In this document: positions 1 through 10,453 of the stretch, in pieces
How the letters are laid out: the number at the start of each line of letters is the position of its first letter
Numbering within the stretch: position 1 is the stretch's first letter
From: an uncultured virus (IMG/VR IMGVR_UViG_3300032220_002272)
Taxonomy: Duplodnaviria > Heunggongvirae > Uroviricota > Caudoviricetes
Virus record (IMG/VR): IMGVR_UViG_3300032220_002272
DNA: 64,000 bases
Strand: one strand, 5' to 3'
Translations under genes and position numbers: made by a program
The notes under the pieces: model-generated
Databases searched by the model: none
Seen by the model: the letters and a program-made list of their open reading frames with translations, nothing else
Told to the model about the DNA's origin: nothing

Positions 1-1143
1 TTACCCCTCGATCACGTGCGGCACAAAGCGGGCGGTGTTGCCGGTGATCAGCCCGTCCTCGCGAATGCCGATCCCGGCCGGCTCGCCATCGACCAGCCAG
101 CTGCCGATCACGGGAAAACATCCCGGCGCCGTCTCGGGCAGCCGGTACAGCGCCTGATAGACATAGCCCTCGTCGCCATACTCCCCCGCCGCCTCAGCGA
201 CGACGCGTCCGTTCTGCCGGATCGACACGTTCGCGCCCTCGCGCGCCAGCAGCGGCTTGGCGACGGCATCGCCTTCCGGAATGTCGAAGCCGGCGGGCAG
301 CAGGTTGGGATGATCCGGAAACAGCTGCCACAGGATCGCGAGGATCGCCTTGTTCGACCAGATCATCTTCCAGATCGGTTCGATCCACAGCGTATCGTCG
401 AGGCTTTCGAGCAGCGGCGCCGCAAAGGCCTCCGCGGTCAGCCATTCCCACGGATACAGCTTGAACAGCGCCTCGATCCGCTGCTCGGCCAGATCGACGA
501 AACAGCGCCGGTCATGGTCCCAGCCCAGATCGTCGACCAGGATCGGCACCGTCGTGATCCCCGCCGCCTCCGCCGTGTCGCGCAGATAGGATGTCGTGAC
601 GATATCCTCGCCCGCCTCGTCCGAGACATGCGCGAAATGGACGACCGGCGGCAGCAGCGGCGCGATATCGCGCCACTTGGCGATCAGGCGGTCGTGCAGG
701 CTGGTATATTGGTCGAGGTGCGGGAAGCGCTCCTCCTTCCAGCTCCACTGGATCACCGCGGCTTCCAGCAGCGACGTCGGCGTATCGCAGTTGAACTCGA
801 ACAATTTGGGCGGCCCGGCCCCGTCATACCCCAGATCGAACCGCCCGTAGTTCAGCGCGGGCGGCTCCACCTCCCACGCGTCGCGGATCGCCTGGTGGAA
901 GGGCGCCGGAATGCCGAACCGGTCGAACAGTGCGGGATCGTCGACGATCGCCTGCCCGGCGGCGAGGAACAGTCGGTACAGCTCTGCCGTCGCCCCCTCG
1001 ATCGTGGCGATCTGCGCGGCCGAAAAGCGGTAATAGACGCTTTCGTCCCAATAGGGCCGGCCATCGACGCTGTGCCAGATTAGCCCCTCCGCCTCGACCT
1101 TCGCCTGCCAGTCGGGGCGCGGCGCGATGCCGACGCGAATCAT
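1..1143 (-). CDS. Glutathionylspermidine synthase family ATP-grasp protein (YgiC/YjfC-like)
   Basis: Motifs YWDESVYYRF, YGRFDLGYDG, EFNCDTPTSLLEAA, FKLYPWEW, EPIWKMIWSNKAIL, KPLLAREGAN; start MIRVGIAPRPDW; TAA at 1-3. Confidence 0.9.
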   Translation of the reverse strand: MIRVGIAPRPDWQAKVEAEGLIWHSVDGRPYWDESVYYRFSAAQIATIEGATAELYRLFLAAGQAIVDDPALFDRFGIPAPFHQAIRDAWEVEPPALNYGRFDLGYDGAGPPKLFEFNCDTPTSLLEAAVIQWSWKEERFPHLDQYTSLHDRLIAKWRDIAPLLPPVVHFAHVSDEAGEDIVTTSYLRDTAEAAGITTVPILVDDLGWDHDRRCFVDLAEQRIEALFKLYPWEWLTAEAFAAPLLESLDDTLWIEPIWKMIWSNKAILAILWQLFPDHPNLLPAGFDIPEGDAVAKPLLAREGANVSIRQNGRVVAEAAGEYGDEGYVYQALYRLPETAPGCFPVIGSWLVDGEPAGIGIREDGLITGNTARFVPHVIEG

Positions 1144-1541
1144 GCCCGGCCGCTGCCGAAGCTGTGCGCCGATGCGCCGAACCCGCCACGGCTGATCGCG
1201 CCCGATCGGCTGACGAAGGTGTTGGCCGGCGCGCGCGCATAGCTGACGCCGCCCGCACGGCTGAACGATCCCCCGCGCGCCGTCTCGCCATAGGGCGGGA
1301 TCACACTGTTGCGCCCGAGGAAGTACCACAGGAACGCGTTGCTGCCGCCCCCGCCATGATAGCCGCTCGTCAGCGCCTGCCGCGGGCATTGGTCGTCGGC
1401 GACCCGCCGCCCCTCACGATCGGTACAGATCGCGGTATCGGTCTGCGCGGTCCAGCCATCCGGCTCCGGTTCCGACCGGCCACACCCCGACGCCAGCAGC
1501 GCCGCGGCGATCGCCGTCGTGATCCTCAGATCCGTCCTCAT
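1140..1541 (-). CDS. Lipoprotein, YgiB/DUF1190-like partner of the GSP synthase family gene
   Basis: Lipobox LASGC, Gly/Ser-rich C-terminus ISRGGFGASA, ATGA overlap with the downstream gene. Confidence 0.7.
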   Translation of the reverse strand: MRTDLRITTAIAAALLASGCGRSEPEPDGWTAQTDTAICTDREGRRVADDQCPRQALTSGYHGGGGSNAFLWYFLGRNSVIPPYGETARGGSFSRAGGVSYARAPANTFVSRSGAISRGGFGASAHSFGSGRA

Positions 1542-1756
1542 GCCCTTCCCCCAAAGCCACCGAAACGGCGCGCACCATAGGGCAGGATCACGGCAGCCAC
1601 CATGACCTGATGCGCTGTCGATGCACGGAGTGTGGAACACACCATCGAGGTCTGCCGCGCATCCTAGGCTGTGCATTGTCGCGACGTTCAGCCTGCCCCC
1701 CGGATTAACCACTCTATTGCATCGCCGCGTAACGCTTCGGGGCAAAGAGGCGTCCG

Positions 1757-1957
1757 ATGAATACCGGCCTCACCCGTGAGCTTCTGCAACGCCGCATCGA
1801 GGATCAGATGGCACTCGCCACGCTGGCGACCAGTGACGCCGTGCGCGCCATGCATCGCGATCTCACCTGCCTGTATCGATCGCAGCTGGCATGCCTTGTC
1901 GCTGGCGACGCGCTCACATCCCCTGTGGAGCCGCTTGAGTTCGACCTCGCGGCTTAA
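1757..1957 (+). CDS. Small hypothetical protein
   Basis: GAGG RBS, 66-aa ORF. Confidence 0.5.
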   Translation: MNTGLTRELLQRRIEDQMALATLATSDAVRAMHRDLTCLYRSQLACLVAGDALTSPVEPLEFDLAA

Positions 1958-2127
1958 TCCCTGCCGCGGGACTTTGCGCAGGACGCCAAACCCCTGCGAC
2001 GGAACCTAAGGCAGCCCATAGGCCATCCAAGCGGCTCGTTGCAGGCGTATGTTCACGACCAAACTGCATGAAATTAAAACAAATTTGATGTTTGAATGAG
2101 AATGGCCTGAAAAAAGGGTCAATCCGG

Positions 2128-4476
2128 ATGCGCTTCCTCTCGTGTCTCACGCAGGATCATAACCTCTGGCTGGTCGGCCTGGCGGCTTTGTTCTGCCTGG
2201 TCGGGTCGACGATCACGGTTCAGCTGCTGGGTCGCATCCGTCAGGCCGAGCCAAGGACGCGATTGGCGTGGATCTTCATGGGCGGCGTTTCGACCGGCGC
2301 GACGATCTGGTGCACGCACTTCATTGCGATGATCGCCTATCAGCCGGGCGTCCGCGTCAGCTACGAGCCACGTCTGACCGGGGTGTCCCTGCTCCTCGCA
2401 ATCGCTGGCAGCGCGATCGCCCTGAATGCGGCGACGAAGAAGGGGCGCTGGATGCCGGTCCTCGGCGGCGCGATCTTCGGTCTGGCAGTGGCCGTGATGC
2501 ATTACACCGGCATGCGGGCATTCGCCGCTCAGGGCTTCATCTCCTGGTCCCCCGACTATGTCACGGTATCGATCGCGGGCGTCGTGGTGCTGGGCGCCGC
2601 GGCCTTCGATCGAGCCCTTGCGCGCGGGCGTTTTGCTGGGCCCTTACGCGCGACAGTATTGATGGTCGGCTCCATCGTAGTGCTGCACTTCACCGGCATG
2701 GCAGCCATGGCCATCGTCCCCTTCGCACCCGCACCAGGTCAGCCGGGATCGGACGACGCCGCGACGATCATGGCCCTCGCTGTCGCCGGCGTCGGCATGC
2801 TGGTGTTGGGCACGGGCCTGTCGACCTATGTCCTCGACGCGCAGGCCAGCGCGGAGTCGAAGCGGCGCCTGGACGAAGTGCTGGAGGGCAACGTCGATGG
2901 CATGGTCGTGACCTCTGCAGGTCGCATTGTGGCCGCCAATGCGGCATTCGCGGCGCTCGCCGGTATTGCGTCCGCGGACATCATCGGAGAGCCGATCGAG
3001 CGCTGGATCGCGGGTGCCACGGCGATCACCGCCGACCGGCTGACGCAATCGACGATGATCGGCGTCGACGGAAGTGCCATCGCGATCGAGATCGCGGTCC
3101 GGATCGATGCGCGCGGACGCGAACCGCATACGATCTACTCCATCCGCGATCTCAGGGCTCGCCTTGCGCAGGAACGCCGGATTACGCATCTGGCGCGCAA
3201 CGACAGTCTGACCGGCCTGCCGAACCGGACGTCATTCCTGGAGTGGTTGACCAAGCAGGCGTCGCCGGACACCGGGCACGCTGCCGTCGCGCTTTTATCG
3301 ATCGACCTCGACCGCTTCAAAGAGGTCAACGATGTTCATGGCCATGCCGCGGGCGACCAGCTGCTGATCACGATCGGTGAGCGCATGAAGGCAGCGATGG
3401 GCCCGGGCGAATTCGTCGCGCGCCTTGGCGGCGACGAGTTCGTGGCGGTCATGCCCGTCAAACAAGCGGCCGATGCGCTTGGCCTTGCCGAACGGCTGCG
3501 CGCCGCGATCATGGAACCGGTCGTGCTCGATCACAGCGAGGCAAGTTGCGGCGCCAGCGTCGGCATCGCGCTATGGCCGCAAGACGCCGACGATGTCTCG
3601 GCGCTCATCAACAACGCTGACCTCGCAATGTACCGGGCCAAGGGGTCGATAGCGTCGAACGTCTGCTTCTACGAAGAGGAGATGGATCGCGCCGTCCGCG
3701 ATCGCCGGCGGATGGTGCAGGAATTGCGCCACGCGCTCGACCACGACGAACTGGCTCTTCATTGGCAGGTACAAGGCGACGTTCGCACCGGCAGAACCAC
3801 GGGCTATGAAGCCCTGCTCCGGTGGACGAAGGCGGACGGCTCATCGGTGTCGCCATCCGACTTCATCCCGCTTGCCGAACAGTCGGGACTGATCCTGCCC
3901 ATCGGCGAATGGGTCTTGCGTACCGCATGCCGCGAAGCGGCGGCCTGGACGGAGCCGCACAAGATCGCGGTGAACCTGTCGCCAGTCCAGCTCGGCCACG
4001 TCGATCTTCCCAGTCTCGTTCACCAGATTTTGCTGGAAACGGGTCTGCCGGCGTCGCGCCTCGAACTCGAAATCACCGAAACGGCGATGATCGAGGATCA
4101 CGCACGCACGACCCACGTCCTCCGCCAGCTGAAGGCGCTGGGCGTATCGGTAGCAATGGATGATTTCGGAACCGGCTATTCGTCGCTGTCGACGCTGCGA
4201 TCTTTCCCCTTCGACAAGATCAAGCTCGACAAGTCCTTCATGGTCGACCTGGACTGTGGGCCGCAATCGGCCGCTATCATCCGTGCGGTGCTGGCCCTCG
4301 GCGAAAGCCTTTCGATCCCGGTTCTGGCGGAAGGCGTAGAAACCACAGAGCAGCTGGAGTTTCTGCGCCAGCAAGGTTGCGACGAAGCGCAAGGGTATCT
4401 GCTCGGACGGCCGGCTCCCATCCATCAGGCGGACGCAGCGCAGCCGATGACGATGATGGCAGCGCGTGCCGGGTGA
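2128..4476 (+). CDS. MHYT-PAS-GGDEF-EAL diguanylate cyclase/phosphodiesterase
   Basis: TM segments with WCTHFIAM, MHYTGM, LHFTGM; RLGGDEF; YEALLRW; DDFGTGYSS; QGYLLGRP. Confidence 0.93.
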   Translation: MRFLSCLTQDHNLWLVGLAALFCLVGSTITVQLLGRIRQAEPRTRLAWIFMGGVSTGATIWCTHFIAMIAYQPGVRVSYEPRLTGVSLLLAIAGSAIALNAATKKGRWMPVLGGAIFGLAVAVMHYTGMRAFAAQGFISWSPDYVTVSIAGVVVLGAAAFDRALARGRFAGPLRATVLMVGSIVVLHFTGMAAMAIVPFAPAPGQPGSDDAATIMALAVAGVGMLVLGTGLSTYVLDAQASAESKRRLDEVLEGNVDGMVVTSAGRIVAANAAFAALAGIASADIIGEPIERWIAGATAITADRLTQSTMIGVDGSAIAIEIAVRIDARGREPHTIYSIRDLRARLAQERRITHLARNDSLTGLPNRTSFLEWLTKQASPDTGHAAVALLSIDLDRFKEVNDVHGHAAGDQLLITIGERMKAAMGPGEFVARLGGDEFVAVMPVKQAADALGLAERLRAAIMEPVVLDHSEASCGASVGIALWPQDADDVSALINNADLAMYRAKGSIASNVCFYEEEMDRAVRDRRRMVQELRHALDHDELALHWQVQGDVRTGRTTGYEALLRWTKADGSSVSPSDFIPLAEQSGLILPIGEWVLRTACREAAAWTEPHKIAVNLSPVQLGHVDLPSLVHQILLETGLPASRLELEITETAMIEDHARTTHVLRQLKALGVSVAMDDFGTGYSSLSTLRSFPFDKIKLDKSFMVDLDCGPQSAAIIRAVLALGESLSIPVLAEGVETTEQLEFLRQQGCDEAQGYLLGRPAPIHQADAAQPMTMMAARAG

Positions 4477-4658
4477 GCGGCACCCGATACGCCTGCCTTT
4501 TGCCCAATCCCCGCCACCGTCCGATTGCGGCGCGCCGCGTGTCAACCAACATGGCGATCCATCGCTCCATCCCTCCCGACCACAAAGGTCAGGAACGATG
4601 CCGTGTCGCCTGCGTAATCCCCCTCACGTGCCGCAATGGCGCTGACGAAGGAGGATTC

Positions 4659-4898
4659 ATGACGCTCAAGATGCTGTTCGCTGCCGTGGCCATGATGGCG
4701 GGCTCCGCTGGTCTCGCCGGTACTGCCGATGCGCAGCGCCACGATCGTGGCCGTCCCCATTACGACCAACGCGATCACCGCGACCATCGTGGGTATGATC
4801 GGAACCGTCGCGACCGCGGCCACCATTGGGGTCGCGATCGCCGCGATCACTGCCGTATCGTCTACCGTCACCATCGCCGCGTCCGCGTCTGCCGCTGA
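4659..4898 (+). CDS. Small secreted Arg/His/Asp-rich protein
   Basis: GGAGG RBS, signal peptide ending ADA, C-terminal CRIVYRHHRRVRVCR. Confidence 0.65.
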   Translation: MTLKMLFAAVAMMAGSAGLAGTADAQRHDRGRPHYDQRDHRDHRGYDRNRRDRGHHWGRDRRDHCRIVYRHHRRVRVCR

Positions 4899-5327
4899 TA
4901 CACGGCCGGGACGGTGCCGAGCCTAGGCGCCGTCCAAAGGCTGCCAGCAGGCGCTCGCCGTAACGCTGGCTCGGCCTGTCGCGTGATCGGCCAGGATCGC
5001 GGCCCCGCTCACCTGCCGTAAACCTTTGCTAGGCCAACGATCTGCTCCTCACAGGCCGCAAGGCCGATGCCGCAGAGAGACGATCCATGGCCTTCTACGT
5101 CACCATGTCCGCCTTTATCGCCGCGAACCTCGCCCTCATCGGGTTCGAAATGCGCCGGGGCCAATCGCGCGCCAGCCGGGAGCTTGCTCTGGTGCCCGTC
5201 AATCGCCGGCCTACCCACCGCTGACATGCTCGCGTAGCCGTGCGGTGGCGACGCAAGCGAACGCCGATCGCTGCCCAATAACAAGAGAAAAGGGCGCGTG
5301 ATCGGCGCGCGCCCTCCCCTGACCGCC

Positions 5328-5555
5328 TCAGCTCGGGTGGGCTTCGCTCTCGGCAACCGCGCCTGCGTCGCTGACGGGCATGGCCGCATCCGCCACGGCC
5401 GCAGTGGGCACACCGCCGGTGGTGCCTTCGGCTTCCTCGGCAAGGCGCATCTGCTCGTACGCGACTTCGAGATCGGCGGGGCCGGAACCGGTCGGCTGCA
5501 TCGGCAGATCGGTGTAGCTCTCGGGTTCGTGGGTCGGATCGTTCACATCGGCCAT
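5328..5555 (-). CDS. Small acidic hypothetical protein
   Basis: AGGAG RBS before MADVNDPTHE. Confidence 0.4.
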   Translation of the reverse strand: MADVNDPTHEPESYTDLPMQPTGSGPADLEVAYEQMRLAEEAEGTTGGVPTAAVADAAMPVSDAGAVAESEAHPS

Positions 5556-6029
5556 GTCGCTCTCCTGCGCGTGTCTGGTGGTAATCAACGCACGACAGCA
5601 CATTCGGCTCAGGGCCGGCGCATGATGGCATGATAGACGCCGCCGATCAGCGAGGCAGCTATTCAGGCTTCGAGACGATCGACTGCAATTCGTCGCATCG
5701 TCGTTGCCAAGGCACGCTTCATCGTGCGATTCATCAACGCATTATGGGCCAGTCCATCCCTCCGCAGCGGCTTTCCGACCTCCCCCGCGACGAGTGCATC
5801 CGCGCTCTTCATCAGCGGGCAGCAGAAGCGCGGGCGCAATGGCAGGCTTCACGGTCTGTGCAGCCGTCGTTCTGGAGCCGGCTGTTCGGCTGATAGAGCG
5901 GGCCGACTATGGCGGGGGTTCGTGTCCCGTCGCGATCGGCCTCAACATGAATGCCGTGACTTGGCGATAGACGCATTCGGGGCAGCGGATCGCGGCGCCC
6001 ACCGCGTGGCGGGCGCCTGCGTAACCGAC

Positions 6030-6293
6030 TTACTTCTCGCCGGCGCGCTCGTTAGTGCCGCTCATATTCAACGAGCGGCGGAAGTCGCTCACGCCCTGCT
6101 GCGTAATCCCGTCAAACTGACGCCATCCTGCCTCAGTATTGCAGACGCGGGTGGCCATGAACGAACCCGTCGGCGTCAGCCTGCGGCAGGTCTTCTTCTC
6201 GGCAGGCTTTGCCTGGGTATCCGCTGACTGCGCGAAGGCCGGCACCGCACAGGCCGCGATCGCCACGACTGCTGCCGTCCAAATGCGCTTCAT
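6030..6293 (-). CDS. Small secreted protein with CxxxxxTGS...C motif
   Basis: Signal peptide (AFA), KTCRRLTPTGSFMATRVC. Confidence 0.65.
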   Translation of the reverse strand: MKRIWTAAVVAIAACAVPAFAQSADTQAKPAEKKTCRRLTPTGSFMATRVCNTEAGWRQFDGITQQGVSDFRRSLNMSGTNERAGEK

Positions 6294-6636
6294 TGTCCCC
6301 ACCCCTCTTGTTCGCGTCAAATCATGCGTCAGCAATACCGACATATCAAGCGTAGACATCTGGCGGTGTGCGCGTGCTCCAGCGAGACCTCGAAACAGCC
6401 GTCGAAGGTCTTCCGCTCCTTTCTATCGCTCGAATCGGCGAGATTGTCCGACGTGCCGCCCCAGTCCCGCGCCTGCGCATCGATAAGCGTCACGATGCCC
6501 GCCATCATAATCTTATGTGTGCGGCGCGCCGGTTGATCGGAGGAAGCGCGGTGCGACGCCACGCGACGCGGGATTGGCGGACGCTGCGGCTTATGAGCTG
6601 GTCTGGGACCGGATAGATGCCCCCGGAAAGCGTCGA

Positions 6637-6734
6637 TGGTGGGTCCGCCGCCCACCACTTGCAATGCAATAAACGACGCGTTTCTGCGGCATGCTGGTCA
6701 GACTATACCGGCTGATACCCCCACGGATACCCCC
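6637..6734. other. Candidate prophage left attachment region
   Basis: TGGTGGG-N7-CCCACCA inverted repeat (6637-6657) followed by GATACCCCC direct repeats (6714, 6726) resembling integrase arm sites; lies at the host/phage boundary. Confidence 0.4.
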
Positions 6735-6779
6735 TGACGATATTTGGCTTACGGATCGATCGCGAGCATGAGCTCGAAC

Positions 6780-6814
6780 GAAAAATGGGGCCGGCCATCC
6801 CTGACCGACCCCAT
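6780..6814 (-). terminator. Intrinsic terminator ending the late operon
   Basis: Minus strand ATGGGGTCGGTCA-GGGA-TGGCCGGCCCCAT followed by a T run, right after the spanin stop. Confidence 0.6.
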
Positions 6815-6815
6815 G

Positions 6816-7184
6816 TCATTGCGTTCGAAGCGGAGGACACCCCGGCGGCGGCGCGCCGGTAGCGAGCAGCCCGGAGACGCACCGCCGTTCCCGGATCACG
6901 CCGCCGGCGCGCACGTTGCCGCGCTCGACCGCGCCCACCGCCTCGGCGAACCGCGTCATGATCTCCGTCAGCACCGCGACGTCGATCGTTACCAGCCGCC
7001 CGACAGGCTTCGCCGCCAGCGGCTCAAGATGCTCCGTCTTGACCAGCTCCGGCGACAGCGGTGGCAGCCTCGGCCGCTCGGTTCGCGCGAGCGATGGCAA
7101 CGTTGATGTCGTCCCGCATGCCGTCGACAGGAGCGGCAGGCAGAACATCGCCGGCAGGAGCAGGCGGGATAGTGTCGAGCGCAT
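6816..7184 (-). CDS. o-spanin-like lipoprotein (Rz1)
   Basis: Lipobox LSTAC, Pro-rich, overlaps the i-spanin gene. Confidence 0.6.
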   Translation of the reverse strand: MRSTLSRLLLPAMFCLPLLSTACGTTSTLPSLARTERPRLPPLSPELVKTEHLEPLAAKPVGRLVTIDVAVLTEIMTRFAEAVGAVERGNVRAGGVIRERRCVSGLLATGAPPPGCPPLRTQ

Positions 7185-7452
7185 GGCGTAGGTTCTCCAC
7201 GATGTGATGAGTGACGGCCGCCGAGGCGACCGTCTGTTGCGCGACGCTGGTCGCGATGGTGGCGGATGCGTCGACGGCGGCGCGCTCGTCCTGGCGCGCT
7301 ACGGTGACGGCGGCGGCGTGATCGCGCTGCACCTGGACGGTGACGTGGTCGGCCCCTGCCCGCTCGCCCTTTCGGTGGGCGGTGAGCAGGGCTGCGCCGA
7401 GCAACAGCGCGACGACGCCGATGGCGATCGCCCGGACCTGCCAGCCGGTCAT
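7024..7452 (-). CDS. i-spanin-like protein (Rz)
   Basis: N-terminal TM then Ala-rich helix; follows the endolysin. Confidence 0.6.
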   Translation of the reverse strand: MTGWQVRAIAIGVVALLLGAALLTAHRKGERAGADHVTVQVQRDHAAAVTVARQDERAAVDASATIATSVAQQTVASAAVTHHIVENLRHALDTIPPAPAGDVLPAAPVDGMRDDINVAIARANRAAEAATAVAGAGQDGAS

Positions 7453-7976
7453 TGGGGCAGCCTCGTCAGGCACAGGTCGCGCTCCGCGCGCCGGCGGTTC
7501 GCAAGCCCGGAGATGACCCTGCCCCCGGCCTTGTTCCACATGAGGAAGGCATCGCACGCGCCACGCCAGTCGCCTGCGTCGAAGCGACGATCCACCGTCG
7601 ACCTGCAATAGGCGGCCGTGCCGATGTTGTAGGCGAGGCTAGTCGCCGCCGCCCACTGATAGTCCCGGCCGCGGAGCGACGGCGTGCAGCTCGCGACCGC
7701 ATGGGCGAAGGCGGCGAGGCGGCGGTCGAGCTTTACCGCGCAGCCCTCGGGCGTCTCCTTCGGCGATCGCGCGGTCACGCCGAGCGTCTCGCCGCTACAC
7801 TGCGTCCATACCCCGACGATGTCGCGATATGGCACGAGCGCGGGGCCGGACGGCCCGTCTTCCCATCGGGCAACAAACGGCGTCGTCAGCGCCGCCGCCG
7901 CCACGCCCATCGTGATCGCGAGCGCGGTGAGCGGCGACTTGCCCGCGCGCGGGGCGGAGTTATCGGGGCTCGCCAT
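7449..7976 (-). CDS. Endolysin, GH24 lysozyme, probable SAR type
   Basis: WE...PYRDIVGVWTQCSGET, AYNIG, WNKAGGRVISGLANRR; Ala-rich N-terminal hydrophobic segment. Confidence 0.9.
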   Translation of the reverse strand: MASPDNSAPRAGKSPLTALAITMGVAAAALTTPFVARWEDGPSGPALVPYRDIVGVWTQCSGETLGVTARSPKETPEGCAVKLDRRLAAFAHAVASCTPSLRGRDYQWAAATSLAYNIGTAAYCRSTVDRRFDAGDWRGACDAFLMWNKAGGRVISGLANRRRAERDLCLTRLPQ

Positions 7977-8208
7977 CGCCCGCCTCCTTCTGCTTGAGCA
8001 CGCGGGCCACCGCCGCGGCGGTGAGCAAGGCGAGGCCCAGCTCCTGCTGGTTGGGCAGATGCTCCTTCACCTCGGTTGGCAGCGCGTTCCAGATCGCCAA
8101 CGCCTGGTCGGGCGCAGCGAGCAGGAAGGCGAAAACGGCGGCGCCGAACGCGGACACGCGCACGGACCAGAGGCGCCACGACTGGCGCCACTCGGCGATC
8201 AGCTTCAC
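7960..8208 (-). CDS. Putative holin
   Basis: GTG start after GGAG; KLIAEWRQSWRLWSVR, two hydrophobic segments, ARVLKQ; adjacent to the endolysin. Confidence 0.65.
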   Translation of the reverse strand: MKLIAEWRQSWRLWSVRVSAFGAAVFAFLLAAPDQALAIWNALPTEVKEHLPNQQELGLALLTAAAVARVLKQKEAGDGEPR

Positions 8209-8250
8209 GATGTTTCTCCAGGAGAAGGCGGGCACCGCGCCCGCCGAGGG

Positions 8251-8442
8251 TCAGGGAATCTGGTCGAGCAGGCCGACCATGTCGGCCGGCACAGCTTGGG
8301 GGATGGCAGCGCGGCTATCGCCGAGCAGTTGGCGCGCCGCCTCGATCGGGCGGCGAGCGAGGCCGCGCACGCACGTCACGGACCCGGCCGACATGGCCGC
8401 GCCGCCGACGACCATCATGGCGCCGCCGATGATGTCCGCCAT
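8251..8442 (-). CDS. Small hypothetical membrane protein in the lysis region
   Basis: 63 aa, hydrophobic N-terminus, TAATG coupling. Confidence 0.35.
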   Translation of the reverse strand: MADIIGGAMMVVGGAAMSAGSVTCVRGLARRPIEAARQLLGDSRAAIPQAVPADMVGLLDQIP

Positions 8443-8738
8443 TACCGCCCCCTCTGGCTGGCGCGCTCGTCCTCGCGGCGCGCGCGATCGGCGAGGTAGC
8501 TGACGTCGCGCGTCATGCCGACCAGCACCGGGATGTACGTCCGGTCGTTGGCTTCGGCCTGCGACGCCTGCGCCTTCAGCTGGGCAATGTCCTTGTCGAC
8601 ACCGCCCCGCCAGTTGCCGATCGCGATCAGATAGCCGCACACGGCGACGATCAGACCGGAGCATGTAGCGATCGCGCCAGCGATCGCGATCCAGCGCGGC
8701 GGCGCTGGCGCGGGGGTGTCGGGCATCGATGTCTCCAA
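8442..8738 (-). CDS. Single-TM coiled-coil protein (holin/antiholin-like)
   Basis: TM segment followed by a helical tail, upstream of the lysis genes. Confidence 0.5.
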   Translation of the reverse strand: METSMPDTPAPAPPRWIAIAGAIATCSGLIVAVCGYLIAIGNWRGGVDKDIAQLKAQASQAEANDRTYIPVLVGMTRDVSYLADRARREDERASQRGR

Positions 8739-10430
8739 TCAGCCGTGCTGCACGTCGACCCACGGCCGACCGTCGCGGATCGCCCAGACGGCGCCGAGGC
8801 GGCGCATGTAGAGCGGCAGCGTCATGTCGGTTTCGCGCACGGCGGTGGCACCGATCCCGTCACCGTGAGCGACCGCGACGAGGTAGACAGCTACACCGTC
8901 TCCCAGCGCAGCCTCGCACATGGCAAGCGTGTCGGCGTCGACATTGACCGGCACCTGTCCGCAAAAGGCGATGCGGTCGACGGTCTGGCGGGCCGCCTCG
9001 AGCTCCGCTTCCCAAGCGGTCAGCGCTGCGGCATGATCCTTCACCGCCGCGACGTGCGCCGCCTCGGCTGCGGCCACCGCCTTGGCATAATCGGCTTGGG
9101 CAGCGTTGTAAGCGTCGTGCGCGTTCCAAGCGTCAGCCTCGGTCGGCTCTGCTGGCCCATTGTACGCGGGTGGGGCGTAAACCGGCGCTTCCGGCCGCTG
9201 CCCGAGGTGGGCCGCCCAGGTATCGCCGCCGACGAGGTTCGGATCGGTCGACTTGACGACGTAGCGCACCGCATCGGCCCAGGTGGTGACGAGCTGTCCA
9301 TTCCAGTCAACGCCGCAAACGTCGCCCTTCCGGATCGTGCTGCAACCCGCCGCCTTGCGGACATATTCGGCATAGTCCGCGCCGCTGGCGTTGATCGTGC
9401 CGCCTGCCGAGATACTCCGCCCACTTTGGGCAACTGTCGTAACCTTCATTACCGCAGCGACGCCGCTTGCCGGAGCGCTATCCCCGCCAAAAATCTCAAC
9501 GCTGGAATACGTTGGACGCGCCACTTCAAGAATACTGACCGCCGGATCGACCGGCTTAGAGATCATATGCTTAGCACCGGCGGTAGATCCAACGAGTAGA
9601 TTTCCGGCACCATCGACCGTCAAGGCCGTTTGACTGGTAGAGACATTAAAGAGCGAAAAGCTTTCCTGACGCTCAGCGTTGACACCAGCAACAAGGTCAT
9701 ACCCGCCAGCGCTGGTTCCCGACGCGAGGCTGTTCTGTAGCCGGATGCGCGCAACGGCCTGGTCCGGCGAGACTACATGCAACCTAATGGCGGGCGCCGC
9801 GGTTCCGATGCCAACATTGCCCGAGGGGTCAACGCGAAAACGATCTACGTTCGCGTTGCCGTTCGTAATGCGGAACGACCCTTCGGTCGTGAGACGCGGC
9901 CCGAACTGGCCGTCGCTCATGGTGAACGTTTCGGCCGGGAGACCGGCGATACCAAGCCCCTTTCCGGTCGGAAACAGCGCCTGACCGCTGGCATCGATCG
10001 TCATCCGGTCGACGCCACCAGTCACCAGCGACAAGCTATTGGAACCTGCCCGCCGCCATCCCGTGTCCTGATCCGCAGCGAAGCGGATACCCGGAGTTGC
10101 GACCGAGCCATCCGGGAACATACCCTGCCCGATGGTATCGAGCATCGCACCCGCCACATTTTTGAATCCGGCGAAAGCCAGGGCGAGATCGTTTGCGAAG
10201 CTCTGCGTCGGCAGGATGGTGAACGGCTGCCCCGCGGCCGTCGCCCCGCCATACGGACGCGCCAGCGTGATCTGCGAAGCGCTGTCGACGCTCGCGATCT
10301 CCATCGGCAACCCGTTCGGCCCCACAAAGGCTTGGCCCGGCTGCGCGTTCGGGAAGGAAAAGACGGTGCCGGCGCCCGTGATCACAGGCGAGCCATTCGT
10401 CACCGTGACGGTGCCGGTGCTGTTCCACAT
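8739..10430 (-). CDS. Tail fibre/receptor-binding protein with C-terminal chaperone-like domain
   Basis: N-terminal GTVTVTNGS..GAGT, GNVGIGT repeats, GADYAEY...IAFCGQVPVN. Confidence 0.8.
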   Translation of the reverse strand: MWNSTGTVTVTNGSPVITGAGTVFSFPNAQPGQAFVGPNGLPMEIASVDSASQITLARPYGGATAAGQPFTILPTQSFANDLALAFAGFKNVAGAMLDTIGQGMFPDGSVATPGIRFAADQDTGWRRAGSNSLSLVTGGVDRMTIDASGQALFPTGKGLGIAGLPAETFTMSDGQFGPRLTTEGSFRITNGNANVDRFRVDPSGNVGIGTAAPAIRLHVVSPDQAVARIRLQNSLASGTSAGGYDLVAGVNAERQESFSLFNVSTSQTALTVDGAGNLLVGSTAGAKHMISKPVDPAVSILEVARPTYSSVEIFGGDSAPASGVAAVMKVTTVAQSGRSISAGGTINASGADYAEYVRKAAGCSTIRKGDVCGVDWNGQLVTTWADAVRYVVKSTDPNLVGGDTWAAHLGQRPEAPVYAPPAYNGPAEPTEADAWNAHDAYNAAQADYAKAVAAAEAAHVAAVKDHAAALTAWEAELEAARQTVDRIAFCGQVPVNVDADTLAMCEAALGDGVAVYLVAVAHGDGIGATAVRETDMTLPLYMRRLGAVWAIRDGRPWVDVQHG

Positions 10431-10453
10431 ACTGATGTTCCTTGGCTATAGGC

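Noticed and set aside
1..6600. Novel system in the host flank
   Set aside because: Ordinary gene families and small secreted proteins; nothing unexplained was seen.
6630..6660. tRNA gene
   Set aside because: Ends in CCACCA but no cloverleaf or T-loop GTTC is evident; at most an att remnant.
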